From contig BCIN01000005.1 of assembly GCA_039545335.1 (NCBI GenBank), positions 710,641 to 774,640 of the forward strand: a stretch of DNA of 64,000 bases, given 5' to 3'. Positions 14,713-27,279 of the stretch are shown here, piece after piece. The notes under the pieces were generated by a model, which saw only the letters and a list, made by a program, of their open reading frames with translations, was not told where the DNA came from and searched no databases. Both the position numbers and the translations under genes were made by a program. This DNA comes from Kondoa subrosea (taxonomy: Eukaryota). Each line of letters starts with the position of its first letter. The first letter of the stretch is position 1.

Positions 14713-15601
14713 ATCGTTGAATTGGTCTTATTCTACATATCGCTCTTTAGGTACTCGTGTATTGCTTGATATGGCTGCAAGATATATATCAAGTACTACA
14801 ATATAGTATGCCTACAATGCTTTTGTTGTGGTTGTGGCTTCGCTTCTATACACCGCTAGCAATGGTCGAAAAGCAACATCGAGTAAAGCAGTAGCTCTAT
14901 TGGCTCCAGAGCTTCCGTTGTCGTTGTGATCGCATGCGTGAACATTACTTTGCCGAGGTCAATTTCTGTTGTTCCGTCACTCTCTATTACCCTCTTACTG
15001 TTCAATTCTTGCTCGTTCTATTCCGGTCTGTGCATCTGTTCTTCTGGCGTGCTGTCAATCGCAAAACTCTATTTGTTGAATCAATAAATGTCGCCATTAT
15101 CTCAATTCTATTCTATCTCGTGATGCTTTCCTTTCGCACAGTACACTCAAGGTGTTTCTATGTGCGAATTGATGATCTTCACTGCTTGTCCTTGCTGCTT
15201 AGTGTCTCATCAATATATATCCTTCAAGTGTCCGCACGATGCAGCTGATCCAAATCTTTCACCAATGCTTCTCATTCAGGCGTTGCTATTGCATGCTTGC
15301 TTGATGAAGGTGAGGTAATTTCAGATATCATTGCCTGGTCGCGCAGTGATACTCTATTCTTCTGTGCTGTAGCTGCAGCTCTCTTCAGTGTGCTGCAACA
15401 CTGGCTATGATCGTACCCAGTCCGATGAGGGAGATCCTCGATTGCAACAGCGCAACCGTTTGTGCGATTTCTTGCGGCGCTTGACAGTCCAGCGGTGAGG
15501 GCTTCATAGACGTGCTAAGCAATGTCCTTATCCACAATTCGAAAACTGCTCGAAACTATGCCCTTTATGGTGGCGTAACCCTAATTATAAGGGTGGCAAA
15601 T

Positions 15602-15673
15602 TCTTTGTTAGTATAGTGGTCAGTATCTCCGCTTGTCACGCGGAAGACCCGGGTTCAATTCCCGGACGAAGAG
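15602..15673 (+). tRNA. tRNA-Asp (GUC), intronless
   Basis: Acceptor stem TCTTTGT/ACGAAGA with discriminator G; D-arm TAGTATAGTGG; anticodon arm TCCGC-TTGTCAC-GCGGA; T-arm CCGGG-TTCAATT-CCCGG. Confidence 0.97.
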
Positions 15674-15674
15674 A

Positions 15675-15679
15675 TTTTT
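15675..15679 (+). terminator. RNA polymerase III terminator (T5)
   Basis: TTTTT immediately downstream of the tRNA 3' end. Confidence 0.8.
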
Positions 15680-16630
15680 GCTGGTCTGAGCTGCCGTCTG
15701 CAAAGGACATTTTTTTGCTGACTTGGAGCAAGCAGTCACACTTTTTGAATACCAAGCACAGCACACATATGCGTCTGACCAGAGCCGACAGTGATTTCAG
15801 CACGCAGTATATTTTGATTGACGCAGGAATCGCCTTCGAATAGAGACGATGAAACGGGGCTTCGCAATAAACTAAAAGCCATAACATGTCTTACAAAATT
15901 ACATCTGTTAGATTCTATTTGTCTAGCAATCCTCGATTCTCATCAATCGAAAAACCAGCATCATTTGCAAAACACGTGTAGCTTTGAACCGTCGTATTCC
16001 GCCAGGACTATGCACCCCGTTCATCGCTAGCCCCGAGGGCAATTAGCGCAGCGGTAGCGGTTAGTCATGGAAAATTTCCCAAACTGACTTGCGCTCATCT
16101 TCGTCGTTCTTCAGCGCTTCACTTCGGTTTCGTCCTGCCACGGAATCAATGAAGAGGTCGCAGTTTCGATCACTGCATTGCTCTATTGGGCTTCAATCTT
16201 TTTTTTGCAGATGTCATCCTAGGTGAAACTTTCCACGGTTTACCATTTCCGCTCGAATTTCCACGAATCAAGGCCAATCCTGCCGCATAACACGAAAGCG
16301 CATCATCTGATACACCTCTACACCAATTTTCAGCGTTATCGCATCACTAGATCTCTTACAGATTACTTTCATGCACTTTCTGCCGAAAATATATAGATTA
16401 CGTAATCATAGAAATTAGCCGGAATGAATGAAACGAAGATCTCTTCCTATCCGCCGCGCGTCTGCACAGCGCAGGTCTGCTCCTGCGTAGCCTAGTAGCT
16501 CGACAACAGAGCCGCTCGGCGCAACATTTCGCCAACCCCTCATCCGCTCAAGTCAAAAAACGCATGCCTATTCTTTCAGTCTATAAACCATGACTCGCAA
16601 CGCGCATGATACCATAGAACACTCGCGATT

Positions 16631-16760
16631 ATGAGCATGGATAAGACCTCAGCGGAGACAGAGATTCCAATACACAGCATAAAGGACAAAGACGATACGA
16701 TTCCTACAGAGCCTTCAACTCCTGCTCCAACTCCAGACGGTGGATATGGCTGGGTCGTCT
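16631..16760 (+). pseudogene. 5' fragment of a monocarboxylate-permease (MCT/SLC16-like MFS) gene, truncated
   Basis: ATG preceded by TATAAA (~16582). Encodes …TPAPTPDGGYGWVV, the hallmark MCT motif before TM1. Similarity stops abruptly where opposite-strand USO1 sequence begins. Confidence 0.75.
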
Positions 16761-18945
16761 ACATCAGCTCGAGCACATCAATGACAGACGTTCTTCAAGC
16801 GAACATCTTCTCGTAGTCGAATTATACGATTCACACATTGATCTGGACCGACTGTCGAGAGTGTAATATTAGGATGCATAGTTGCTCTGTTTCTCGCAGT
16901 TTACATCGGAAGCACGAGTGATATGGTCGAGCTACCTGTCTATTGTACCAGCTTCTCTGTTGTGTTCATAGAGAATGCCAAGCAAGAAAGCACATAAGCC
17001 TTGAAACACCGAATCCTTTCCGAAGCTTGAGCAATAGGTTGGATCAGCTGGAGGACAGCATTTACTTCGGATAGAAATACTATCCTGTGATCGGACTCAC
17101 CACTTGTAGATTCGCCCCTTCTGACAAAAAATCCTTGACCGTTCTCGGGCTTTCCCAGCACCCAACACTTCCAACTACCCTACCAAGACTCTACTCCGTT
17201 CTATACTGAGTCTCTCAACAGTCACCTTGTGTAAGTTGACTTAATTGACCTTGTACCCCTTGAACGAGCATCAGACTGCCTAAAAGTACTTGTACTAAGC
17301 CAATCTTTTCTTCATCGTCTTCCTCTGAAAAAATAGATATTTCCCTTGCGATCCATTTGCATGATTCGGTATTGCGTAAAAGTTGGGCAAACATAAGGGA
17401 AGCGAATAGTGGAGCATGAGAATCGAAGAGTTGAGTTGTAAGGGATGTAGGGACAGCTCGCAGATCAGCTAAGAGCACACTCCCTGCTGTTTGAGGTTGC
17501 GCTACAATTACAAACTCAGCTTAGGCCCGCGATGACCTACCGAAATGCAACTCACGAACGAAAGGTTTACCTGACTTCTGCTTGTCTGGAGCGATTCCCG
17601 TTACGATTGTGACTTGAGCATCAGGATTGTTCGCGACATAGCTCTGTGCAGAACTTCAGCTACTTTCACTCGCGAATGGAGATGAGACAGATGATCGACG
17701 CACCGCAAACAAGCCAACTGCAGCTGCTCTGACCGAAATTCCTTCCGGTCCACCAGCATCCATGCACAATCCAGGATCTCCTTAAAATGCTAAAGCGATC
17801 AAAGCCAAAGTGGCCGGAACCGCTTGAGCTCTTCTCCATTCCGGTTGAACTTCTTCTTGCTGCTGTTGAGCGTTCGCTTTTTCGCCTTCATCAGAACAAA
17901 CAGGAATTATTGGTTGTACAAATAAGTTGGTTAGTAAATCTTGATTGATAGGTGATCCTTTGAATAAATCGGCTAAACTTTCGAAGCCTGAGCTTTCAGA
18001 GTAGCAGGTGCGTTTGAAGCTAATGCCAATTCAAGCAAACACCGTGGAATGCCAGATTGTAATAAACCGTTGCTGTACGTTGCTCGACCTTCGCCTGCTC
18101 CGCATACGGTCATCGGAGTACCTACAGATACAACTGTTGCTGTCCGGAATGTTGGGATGTTGGAATTGAACGCCTCAGAGAAACGCAGATGGATTCGCCA
18201 GATCTGAGTAATGCTAACCTCCAACAGCGTCAATCAACACGTATAATTTGAGCGGTAGCGTAAGAAAACCTGTAGACCAATGAAATGGAGCATCAAGTAA
18301 CCAGATAAAGCGTGTACAGGTAAAGACTTTAGACAGTGTCGACGAAAAAGCTAGTATCTTCTGTATGTCTCTATTGGTGGATGCAAGTAATATGAGCAGT
18401 AGCAGACCCTCTGTGAGACGAGAGAGAGCGAATAATCAGAAGAAAGCTTATATTCGAGCATCTCTACTCACCATTGCGAATAATCTCTCTCTTACCGCCG
18501 CACATCTACTAGGTTGCGGATACCACCAGAAGCAGACGAGACATGCTTCTGAACTGGCTCCGGGCGTGAGCTGAGCAGAATACCGAGCAATTATAAGGAG
18601 AAGTATCGAACATAGAAATGCTGAGTTGCAAGAAGGAAAAGAAGACCATGCGAAGGTCTTTCCGAAGCAAGGAAGTGATCTGTATTGCGTGAACCAGACG
18701 AAGCTTCTTACCTTGCCAATGCAGCGCGTGACTGTTTCTGACCTTGTGCCGCTTCTTCGGTTTTGCAAAGCACATTGAGCGTTTGCAAGACCACTTTAGC
18801 TAATTCTGGATCTTCAGGTGCATCCCTCGCAAACATGGCGATGATTGTAGGCAAGACCGCGTTGCCAGCGTATAGCTTATGATCTCGCGATAATCCTTTG
18901 ATGACTAGAAAGTAGCTTGTCGGGCAATGAAATAATAGAATTACG
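16760..18945 (-). pseudogene. USO1: Decayed USO1/p115 vesicle-tether gene (head domain only; intron-containing, multiple stops and frameshifts, no coiled-coil tail)
   Basis: Uso1 head motifs IKGLSRD…DPELAKVVLQTLNVLC, FYVRYFSL*LL, KREIIRN, LLELALASNAPATLKAQA, WESPRTVKDFLSEGANLQVLIQPIAQ, QGLCAFLLGILYE, VGPDQCVNRIIRLRED. Stops at 18708-10, 18591-93 and 17175-77; frameshifts near 18500, 17220, 17160 and 17021. Confidence 0.85.
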
Positions 18946-19194
18946 AATATATATGAGTCGCAGCCACAGCAACATGGGTGCTCGAAAGCGACATTGACTT
19001 CGAACTCGAGCAGAAACGAAATTGAAGGCAATCAAAGTGATCGTCGAGAGGAATTCGCGAAGAGCTGAGCAGATAGATATCCTCTTACGATTACGAACGA
19101 TTTGAAAGCAGTACAAGAACCTCGATCCGTGGCGCTTTTCGAACAAAGCTTGAAAATGAAATTTTGAAAAAGATGATCTTGAGCCAGAACTCTC

Positions 19195-21716
19195 ATGATC
19201 GGTCGCTTTCGCCTTGCAGCGGCACGAATATGTACATTACCAACAACAGCTAGGCCTCTCGCTCGTTCTCTGCTTCCTCCTCGCATCGGTTCGTTTTCTT
19301 GCTTTGCATTAGGATTCTGCTCAATCGCTGTAAAGTACCTCAATCGTCGCATCGCTGGCTTAGTTCAACATACTCAAGACAAGAACAAGAACAAGAAGAG
19401 CCAGAGTTCGATGCGCTGCAAGATGGACTAGACAGCGTTCAAGCAGTCAGAGAAAGGAACGCATCACCTACTGCCAAAGCATTGGAGAATGTCACAAAGA
19501 TACCTACAAAATCTTTCCATGATTTGCAGAAATCGCTGGACCCTGCAATCTACGATGCGTTGACTAAAAAACCTTTCAACTATTCTACAATGTCCCCTGT
19601 GCAGGACGCTGTTCTCTCTCTTCTACCTGGCTTGTCGTCTCCTCTTGATACTCCTCAAGATAGTATGTCTGGACCAAAAGATCTACTTGTCAAGGCAAGA
19701 ACTGGTACTGGCAAGACTCTTGCTTTTCTCGTACCAGCTCTGCAAGCTCGCTTAGAACACATTGACAGCATCAACAAAGAGAAGAAAGGTTCCTCTGCAC
19801 ATGAAGTCCGCAATGCAATCAAGAATTCAGTTGGTGCTCTTATCCTCAGTCCTACTCGTGAACTCGCTACCCAAATCGCAAACGAAGCTGTTAAGCTGAT
19901 TCATCATGTCAAGAACGCTGAAGTGAGACTCTTTGTTGGTGGTGCGAGTAAAGGCTTTCAATTGAGAAGTTGGACAAAAGGGCGAAGGGATATCGTCGTT
20001 GCAACTCCAGGTCGAATGCTTGATATTCTTCAATCGGCACCAGATGTGGCAGAGACAATGAAGAACACTCGTTGTCTCATTCTAGATGAAGCTGATACTC
20101 TTTTGGACATGGGTTTCAAGGATGAACTTGAAAACATTTTCCGCTTCCTTCCTTCAAATGAAGACCGACAAACCTTCCTCTTCTCAGCTACTGTCTCACC
20201 TGCTATTCGTCTCATCGCTCGCTCTTCGCTCAAGAAAGAACATCTCTTTATCGACACTGTACCAGAAAACGAATCTAATGTTCATATGCATATCCCGCAA
20301 TACGCAACAGTATTGCCTCATCCATCTCATCAGATCGCTCATATTATGCGCCTTCTAGCACAAGACATGCTTCTCAACCCAGCAGGGGGCAAAGCCATCA
20401 TTTTCTTACCCACAACCAAATCAACCGAACTCTATTCCCTCATCATAGACAGCATGACCAAACATTTACCCTGGGGAGCAAGAAAGATCAACGTTTTCGA
20501 AATTTCATCAAGGAAAACGCAGCAGCAAAGAGAAAGAGCGGCAGACCGGTTCAGAAGAGCAAAAGGTGGTTATCAAATCTTGGTATCTTCAGATGTTTCT
20601 GCTCGTGGTGTGGATTATCCTGGTGTGACTCGAGTTATTCAAGTTGGTATTCCTGGTTCAAGAGATCTCTACATTCATCGAGTTGGTCGAACGGGTCGGG
20701 CAGGCAAACAAGGTCGTGGTGATATCGTGCTACTACCATGGGAAGTTGGTTATATGACTTGGCAATTGCAAGACTTACCTCTCAAACCTCTTACTGTGGT
20801 CGAATTGTCTACTCAAGTCAAAGAACTCGCTGATGCTCAAGATGCTTTACCTGCTGAATCATCACCTGAAATGTCTGCACCTGCCAGAAGAGGTGGAAGA
20901 GGTTTCACCAGAGACGATACCGTCACCATTACTGGTTCTATGGCACCTGAAGTTGGCAAACGTCTTTCCGAATTGGATCAAGCTATCGATCAAGAACTTT
21001 TCCCTTCCTTGGATTCTTTCGCTATCAAAGAAGCTTTCGCCTCTTTACTTGGTTACTACGTTACTAAAGCTTCTGATATTCGAACAACGAAAACGGTTGT
21101 AGTTCAAGGGTTGAAAGACTGGGCTAAATCGGCTGTCGGGTTGGGGGAAGAACCTTATGTCAGTCAACAGTTCTTGGATAAGCTAGGCATGAAGGACAAC
21201 AGAACAAAGAGGAGAGGTCACGATCGAGTGCGTTGAGCATTTATCTTTACGTTCTGACCAGTGCTCATTCTGAGCGTGTTCAGTTTGATAAGCGCGGCAA
21301 TCTTGATCCGCGATATGAACCTGGAGGACGAGTGCGAAGATCATTCGGTAGATCGACGGAAGACTATGTTCCCAAAGAGCCTGGTGACCATTATGCTGCA
21401 TTCGTAAGTTCCTGTAAGCATAGCGAAAGGCTGAAGCTGAACGTTGCTTCTCAGGGACGAAGATTGAGGCCTGATGACCGACAGATGCCTTATGGCTCTT
21501 CAAATGTAGACAGACCGAGGCGGCCATATGGAGTAAGTTGCGGCTAATATCGCAATCTTTTCTCGCTTACTCTTCTGCTTCTAGGACCGTGATTCAGGAG
21601 ACGGAGCATCAAGACCTAGCTACGGCGATCGTCCACCAAGACCTTCTTTCGGCGATCGACCCGAAAGGTCAAGTTACTCAAGTGATAGAAGATCAGCACC
21701 ATTTGCAAGGGATTAG
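19195..21716 (+). CDS. MSS116: Mitochondrial DEAD-box RNA helicase, Mss116/CYT-19-like
   Basis: Arg-rich presequence MIGRFRLAAARICTLPTTARPLARSLLPPR. Motifs Q (SPVQ), ARTGTGKT, PTRELA, TPGR, DEAD, SAT, ARGVD, HRVGRTGRAG; R/G/D/S-rich C-terminal tail. Confidence 0.88.
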
Positions 21717-21892
21717 ACAGGGGCATCAATGTTCAAGGTAGACTGTACTATAGCATGTTATTGTAGCATTATTCTCATTGAAACACCCCTTCATTTTGAA
21801 TGCATGATTATTCAGCCACTCCGAGTCGTTTCCAACGGAGATTGTGAATCTGAAAACCTCTAAGGGTTGACTAAGCAATTTGAAAGTGTTGC

Positions 21893-23531
21893 ATGCTTAG
21901 AGCCTTTCGGTCTACAGCAACCACTTTATATCGAACCTATCCTAAACGCAGCACCGTCCTAGCTTTATCTTGCGCTTCTATTCCATTGGCTTATTCGACA
22001 ACTGCAAACACTTCTATCCCTCTATCTTCTGCCTCCTCACCCTCCTCCTCAGTCACCATGGCTCCTGTTCCGCAAACTAATGGTACAAACGGCACAAGCC
22101 AAAGCAAGAAATCTCATGCGAAAGTCGTTCGTGCCTTTCAATTGCAATGCAAACACTTGATTGGAGGGCTCATTCGGTTATACGGCTTTGCAGATCATCG
22201 TTGGCTCGGGTCCTGCTGGTCATACAGCTGCCATTTACTTAGGAAGAGCGAATTTGGAACCAGTCATGTATGAGGTGAGTTATGAAATGGGGTCAATCAA
22301 GCTTCGGTTTGTTGAATTCTCCTTTCATTTCACAGGGTATGCTGGCCAATGGTTTCGCCCCTGGAGGACAATTGACAACGACAACCGATGTGGAGAAGTC
22401 AGTTTGGAGTACTTCACGCCCGAGATGTATTACTAAAGGACTTTTATTGCCAGTTTCCCTGGTTTCCCTGACGGTATCCGAGGTCCCGAAATGATGGATT
22501 TATTCCGGTCCCAATCAGTTCGCTTTGGTACAACTATCCATACCGAGACCATCACGAAAGTAGATCTCTCGAGTCGACCTTTCAAGTACTGGCGAGAAGG
22601 AGAGGAAGAGGAAGAACCAGAAACAGCGGATAGTATCATTATCGCTACTGGTGCTAGCGCTAGAAGACTCAATTTACCGGGCGAAGATACATATTGGCAA
22701 TCCGGCATTTCAGCTTGCGCGGTTTGCGATGGAGCTGTACCGATCTTCAGAAACAAACCTTTGGCTGTTATTGGTGGAGGAGATTCAGCTTGCGAAGAAG
22801 CTACTTATTTAACAAAGGTATGTCGCACTCCTGGTTGTAAAGGTGTTTACTTCGACTTATAACATTCTTAGTATGCATCGCATGTCTATGTACTCGTCCG
22901 AAGAGATCAGCTCCGAGCATCAAAAGTCATGGCCAAGCGATTGACAACACATCCGAAAGTGACCGTACTTTGGAACACTGTGCCAGTAGAAGCTAAAGGC
23001 GATGGCAACCTCTTGAAATCTCTAGCAATAAAGAACATCAAAACAGGCAAAGAAGAAGATTTGCCTGTCAATGGTCTTTTCTATGCTATTGGTCATGAAC
23101 CTGCTACTACCCTTGTGAGAGGTCAAGTAGATTGCGATGAAGATGGTTATATCAAAACTGTGCCTGGTACAACAAGGACGAGCGTCAAGGGAGTGTTTGC
23201 TGCTGGTGATGTTCAGGATAAGGCATATAGACAGGCAATCACATCTGCAGGAAGTGAGTTGATCAGTCGAGGTGGTGGTTATAGGACTAATGATTCTCAC
23301 AATCAGCTGGCTGTATGGCTGCATTGGAAGCTGAGCGCCTACTAGCAGAGGAAGAAGGTAGGGGATTGCAGCTACAGTGCCATTATTGGCTAACATCAGT
23401 TTTGCGCTTGCTACAGTGCACGATGCAACAGGAGAAGTTCATGTGCCAGAACCAGGCTACCTGGGTGTGAGTTATATGTTCGACGCAACAGCCTCCTTAG
23501 CTAAAACATTTTTTAGGCGGATAAAGAGTAA
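21893..23531 (+). CDS. TRR1: Thioredoxin reductase (low-MW, fungal type) with N-terminal mitochondrial-type presequence
   Basis: [32 protein letters not shown] active site, [29 protein letters not shown]. Second in-frame ATG at 22058. Confidence 0.95.
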
Positions 23532-23649
23532 CTTGCGTTACACAATGCAATGTAAGAGCAACATCGTAATAAGCAGAGTGATCTCCGTGTGCCTTGATTT
23601 TCTTCCAACTGCCAAAGCTCGCATTCAGAATGCGCAAGTGTCAATTCCT

Positions 23650-24485
23650 TTGTAGCTCTTCTGCCTCACTCTACCTTGCCTGCATTCGGCCAGTGATGAT
23701 TGAGATGTTCAAAGGCTCTGGTCCGATGTACCTTATCTTCTTGCAGATTTTCTTCCTTCCTTCGATCTTCCTGCCTTCAATCAGTGCCAGACTTCAGCTT
23801 GACCGGTAACCATGTTATGAGGGAGCATAGCGTGAAGGTGGTATACTGCCGCTCTCTATATTTCACAGAGATCTCCTTATTCTGACTTTCGGTCGGTCCG
23901 GCGACGCTTACGGAGGAGAAAACCAATGTGGATGGTTGCTAGTGTCTAACTTCTATTGCAAAAGGAGCGTGTACAAGATACATCTGAACCAGCAGAGTAA
24001 TCTCAATCTCCCTCCTTTCACTTCATTTCTCTGACTTCAGGACAGAGCTTTCATGATTGTATGATTGACCTTCAATCTCTTCAACCATCCCATCTGCTTC
24101 CCTCTGCACCTTCTTTCAATTGAACCTTGTTCGCCTTAAGCAGATCTCGGCCAAGGGTGCCATAAACAGCAGTGATCATCTCCCTTTGTATTTCCTTACC
24201 TCTATTCCCACCAATCTCATTCAAATTCAATTCGCTCTGATCTAGGACTTGATCATCTACTAAGAGCAGCACGACTAGCGTGCAAGTACCCAATGAGAAA
24301 GCACGTGAAGAGAGGGAGGAGGAAGCTGCTTGAACTGAAGCAAAGATTTCGACCGTTTGCAACAAAGAGGAGTAATTTGTCTTTAAGGCGTAATAGAGGG
24401 ATCCAGTCATGTTTGGAGAATCGACGATACACCAAGGAGAAGATGGCTCTTTCTCGAAATCAGAAGATAAAGGAATGGAAGACAT
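23650..24485 (-). pseudogene. Possible degenerate gene remnant or small hypothetical ORF
   Basis: A 134-aa ATG ORF (24081-24485) is followed by stop-riddled but coding-like purine-rich sequence. No family recognised. Confidence 0.25.
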
Positions 24486-24835
24486 GCTCGATTGACGATA
24501 TAAAGCCGCAGACGGAATGAAACAAAAAGAGACTGGAAAGATCTAGAAAGAAGGATAGAGAAGAGAAAGAGAGACGGAGAGAAAAGAAATGGTAAAAGAG
24601 CCAAGAGCAAAACAATTCAGGGCTAGTCAGTCTACATCGCCTCGTCTTCTTGCTCTCCGCCTCTTTTTGTATGTTGTCATAAATTAGTACTAATTATATA
24701 TATCGAAACAATGGCTACTCGAAAACGAATGCTCATATCATGAATAGCTGCTCTCAACACTCTGCTGCGAACATGTCGATGGACTGAACCAGCAGTCTTA
24801 TCACTCTCTTCTCTGTATCGTTGTCTGGTCGACCA

Positions 24836-26171
24836 TTATACGCGCAATTGTGTACCGAAAATGACATCTGTCGTGACGAAGAGAAATCAGATCACGGCAT
24901 TCTTGAAGCGTTGAGATTAATGTATGACTTACCCCAGAACTTGGATGTTACTCCGTAACCCAATTCATAGTTCTTGAAGTGATGGGCCATATGACTATTT
25001 GAGAGATTAGTCAAGACGACCGATACTATGGCGAAGACTTTGCTTACTAAATCTTCATCTCGCGCAAGTAGGTTGGTAAAACTACATGATGCATAGCGTA
25101 GTGCATCAAACTATACAAGGTTATCATCAATATTTAAATACGGTAAAAACAATAAAGAAGAAAGCGCAAACTCACTCATAAAGAATATAGAAAGCGAATG
25201 AACCCGCTATTATTCCATTGGCGATGTAAGCAGGGAAGAGCTTATGGGCGAGTACTGTGAATGGGTAGGAAAGGGCAGCGAAGAGTGTAGGCGGCATGAC
25301 CAATCTCAACCGATCGCAAGGTAGATAATGATGTACGCCATGTAGAAGGAAATGTAGAGTCAGAGCCCAACCAGCGTCTGGAAGATGGTCGTCGACATGG
25401 AAGAGGAAGCGATGCATGCTGTATTCGAGGATAGTCCAAAAGAAGTTGCCAAAGAAGAAGCACATCATAGTTTTGAAGAAAGCTGGTTGGGAGTACCAAT
25501 CGACTTGCTGGGTCAAGGGATTGAAGGTTGCTTGTTGTGTTAAAGAAAGGTTGAAGAGGTAGAGAGTGATAGGTAGCCAAACGATCGGTACGACATACCA
25601 ATTCGTTCTCGTAAGAAGATCCATCCATCTTGGACCGAAGAGTCTTGCAGGTTCAGCCAAATATCTCGGTTGATGTACTTGCTGAAGATAGAAGTTTTTG
25701 CTGAAGTTAGCTCTCCAGACTTGCATTACTAAAGGTTGCTTCAAATCCAAGAATCGATTCTTTTCGAAATCTTTCTCTTCTTCCGTTATATCTGGAACGA
25801 AATGCTCATCTATCACTGTATCTTCTCTGCAAGTAGATTCTTCGTTGCCAATCAAACCAATTTGCAACTCTTGCAGAATCTCATAGGCTGCTTGAGAATG
25901 GACGTGTTCTGCTGGATCGGCCATGATGGCTTGCATATCTTGACCGGCATACTTTGTAATAAGTTCTTCTCCTCCAGGATGATCAGCGACAAAGCTGTGT
26001 AGAGAAGCAATGGAGTTGAGTTCGGAGCTTCTCTCAACTCTGTGCCAGGCGGACTTACGGGGTTACATCGTATACTTTGCGGTTCAGCGTGACCCAGCAT
26101 GATTTTGCAGTCTTGTGCTGTTCCAAATCAGCAGGCATGAAGATTTTAGGGGCAGATCGCTTTGTTGCCAT
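24836..26171 (-). CDS. SCS7: Sphingolipid fatty acid 2-hydroxylase (cytochrome b5 plus hydroxylase domain)
   Basis: b5 domain CWVTLNRKVYDVTP…DHPGG; His boxes EYSMHRFLFH and LHGVHHYLP, DRLRLVMPP, HHFKNYELGYGVTSKFWD. Confidence 0.95.
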
Positions 26172-27279
26172 TTTTGCAACTTAAAAGCGTGGCGATATTA
26201 TTTGTTTCAAGGAGTGGAAGGGTGTAAAGTTGTTCTTATAGGTATAGCTGCTTGCTGCTGTGGTAGTACTAGAGCGAAGCGCGAAAGGTCGTGGTCAAAT
26301 GAAAACGAAAATAGTCTCATAGAAGCGGAGTTTGCCACATTTTAATCGCTGACTCAATGACGGAATGAGTCGCAAATGCAGTCACAGCTATAGACTGACG
26401 TGCATAGCTGTCATTGCATTGAAGCTGAAGTGCAGCGTCCACAGCAAGACTGTGTCCAAACCTCCGAAATTGCTGCCCCAAAGACCCTGCTCGATGTTCT
26501 ATACCTGCACAAGGATCAGCGGTCGAAAAACAGCAGGAGAGAGACAGATTGCGTAGTTCTTGTTATAGGCTATGGCAGAGCAGAAGAAAATAGAAGGGTC
26601 GAAATCCAGTGCATCGATCCTGTTCCGACCGACTACTCTGTCGACATCGATCAGCTTTGATGACCCTCGCAGTAGTACAGCGGGTCGTCCTGTATGATAT
26701 AATGTCAACGCTGGCGCTGACGTAGACAAATAAACCAAGATGGGAAAGTGAAGTGCAGCAGTTCAGGCTTTTCAGTCCGAGCGAGAAGAGGAGAAACGAA
26801 AGAAGAGATCATGCGATTTGCAGAGAGCATTCAGATAAGACAGCACAGTCCATAAGAAGCATTCAAGATCAAAGTATGAAACTTCCAAGTGGAAGATAAC
26901 AGGCACCACTTGAAAGAGCACAGTAAGCTTGAGATACGCGAGCATTTAATGAAGGACGCAGGAAACGTTGCAAAGTATTGAGCAATGCACAAGTACAGTG
27001 ATTCGGCGGCCGTCAGGCGGTTTCTTGCATCTCTCAGGTAGCCATTATCGAGCATTAGATGGCATCCGCAACACTAGTGGCCATAGAAGTCTTTGAGTCA
27101 TCACTATTGGCTTTCCGGTGGCCAAGCACCGAAGGTCACGCATTGCCCGTAGTCGGGCGCCGATTGGTTTTTAGGAGTTTCCAGGATAGCCTATCACACA
27201 TCTTGCTCTCGTTCCATCCTGACTGTGTTCTTGTGACCGTCTGCTTCGGTCCCGTACCGAACTGTAGAGCTGCTCCAAG

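Noticed and set aside
15616..15887. ORFs overlapping the tRNA
   Set aside because: Spurious translations of the tRNA-Asp and its flank.
19299..21236. ORF-track helicase start at TTG 19299
   Set aside because: It lies in an intron (gttcgt…gtaaag). The spliced ATG at 19195 gives a proper mitochondrial presequence.
24520..24660. GA-rich low-complexity tract
   Set aside because: Imperfect purine/pyrimidine tract typical of fungal promoter or UTR sequence; no defined repeat unit.
26350..27100. Several short ORFs between SCS7 and the ABC transporter
   Set aside because: No consistent spliced model or recognisable motif; may be divergent promoter DNA or an unrecognisable remnant.
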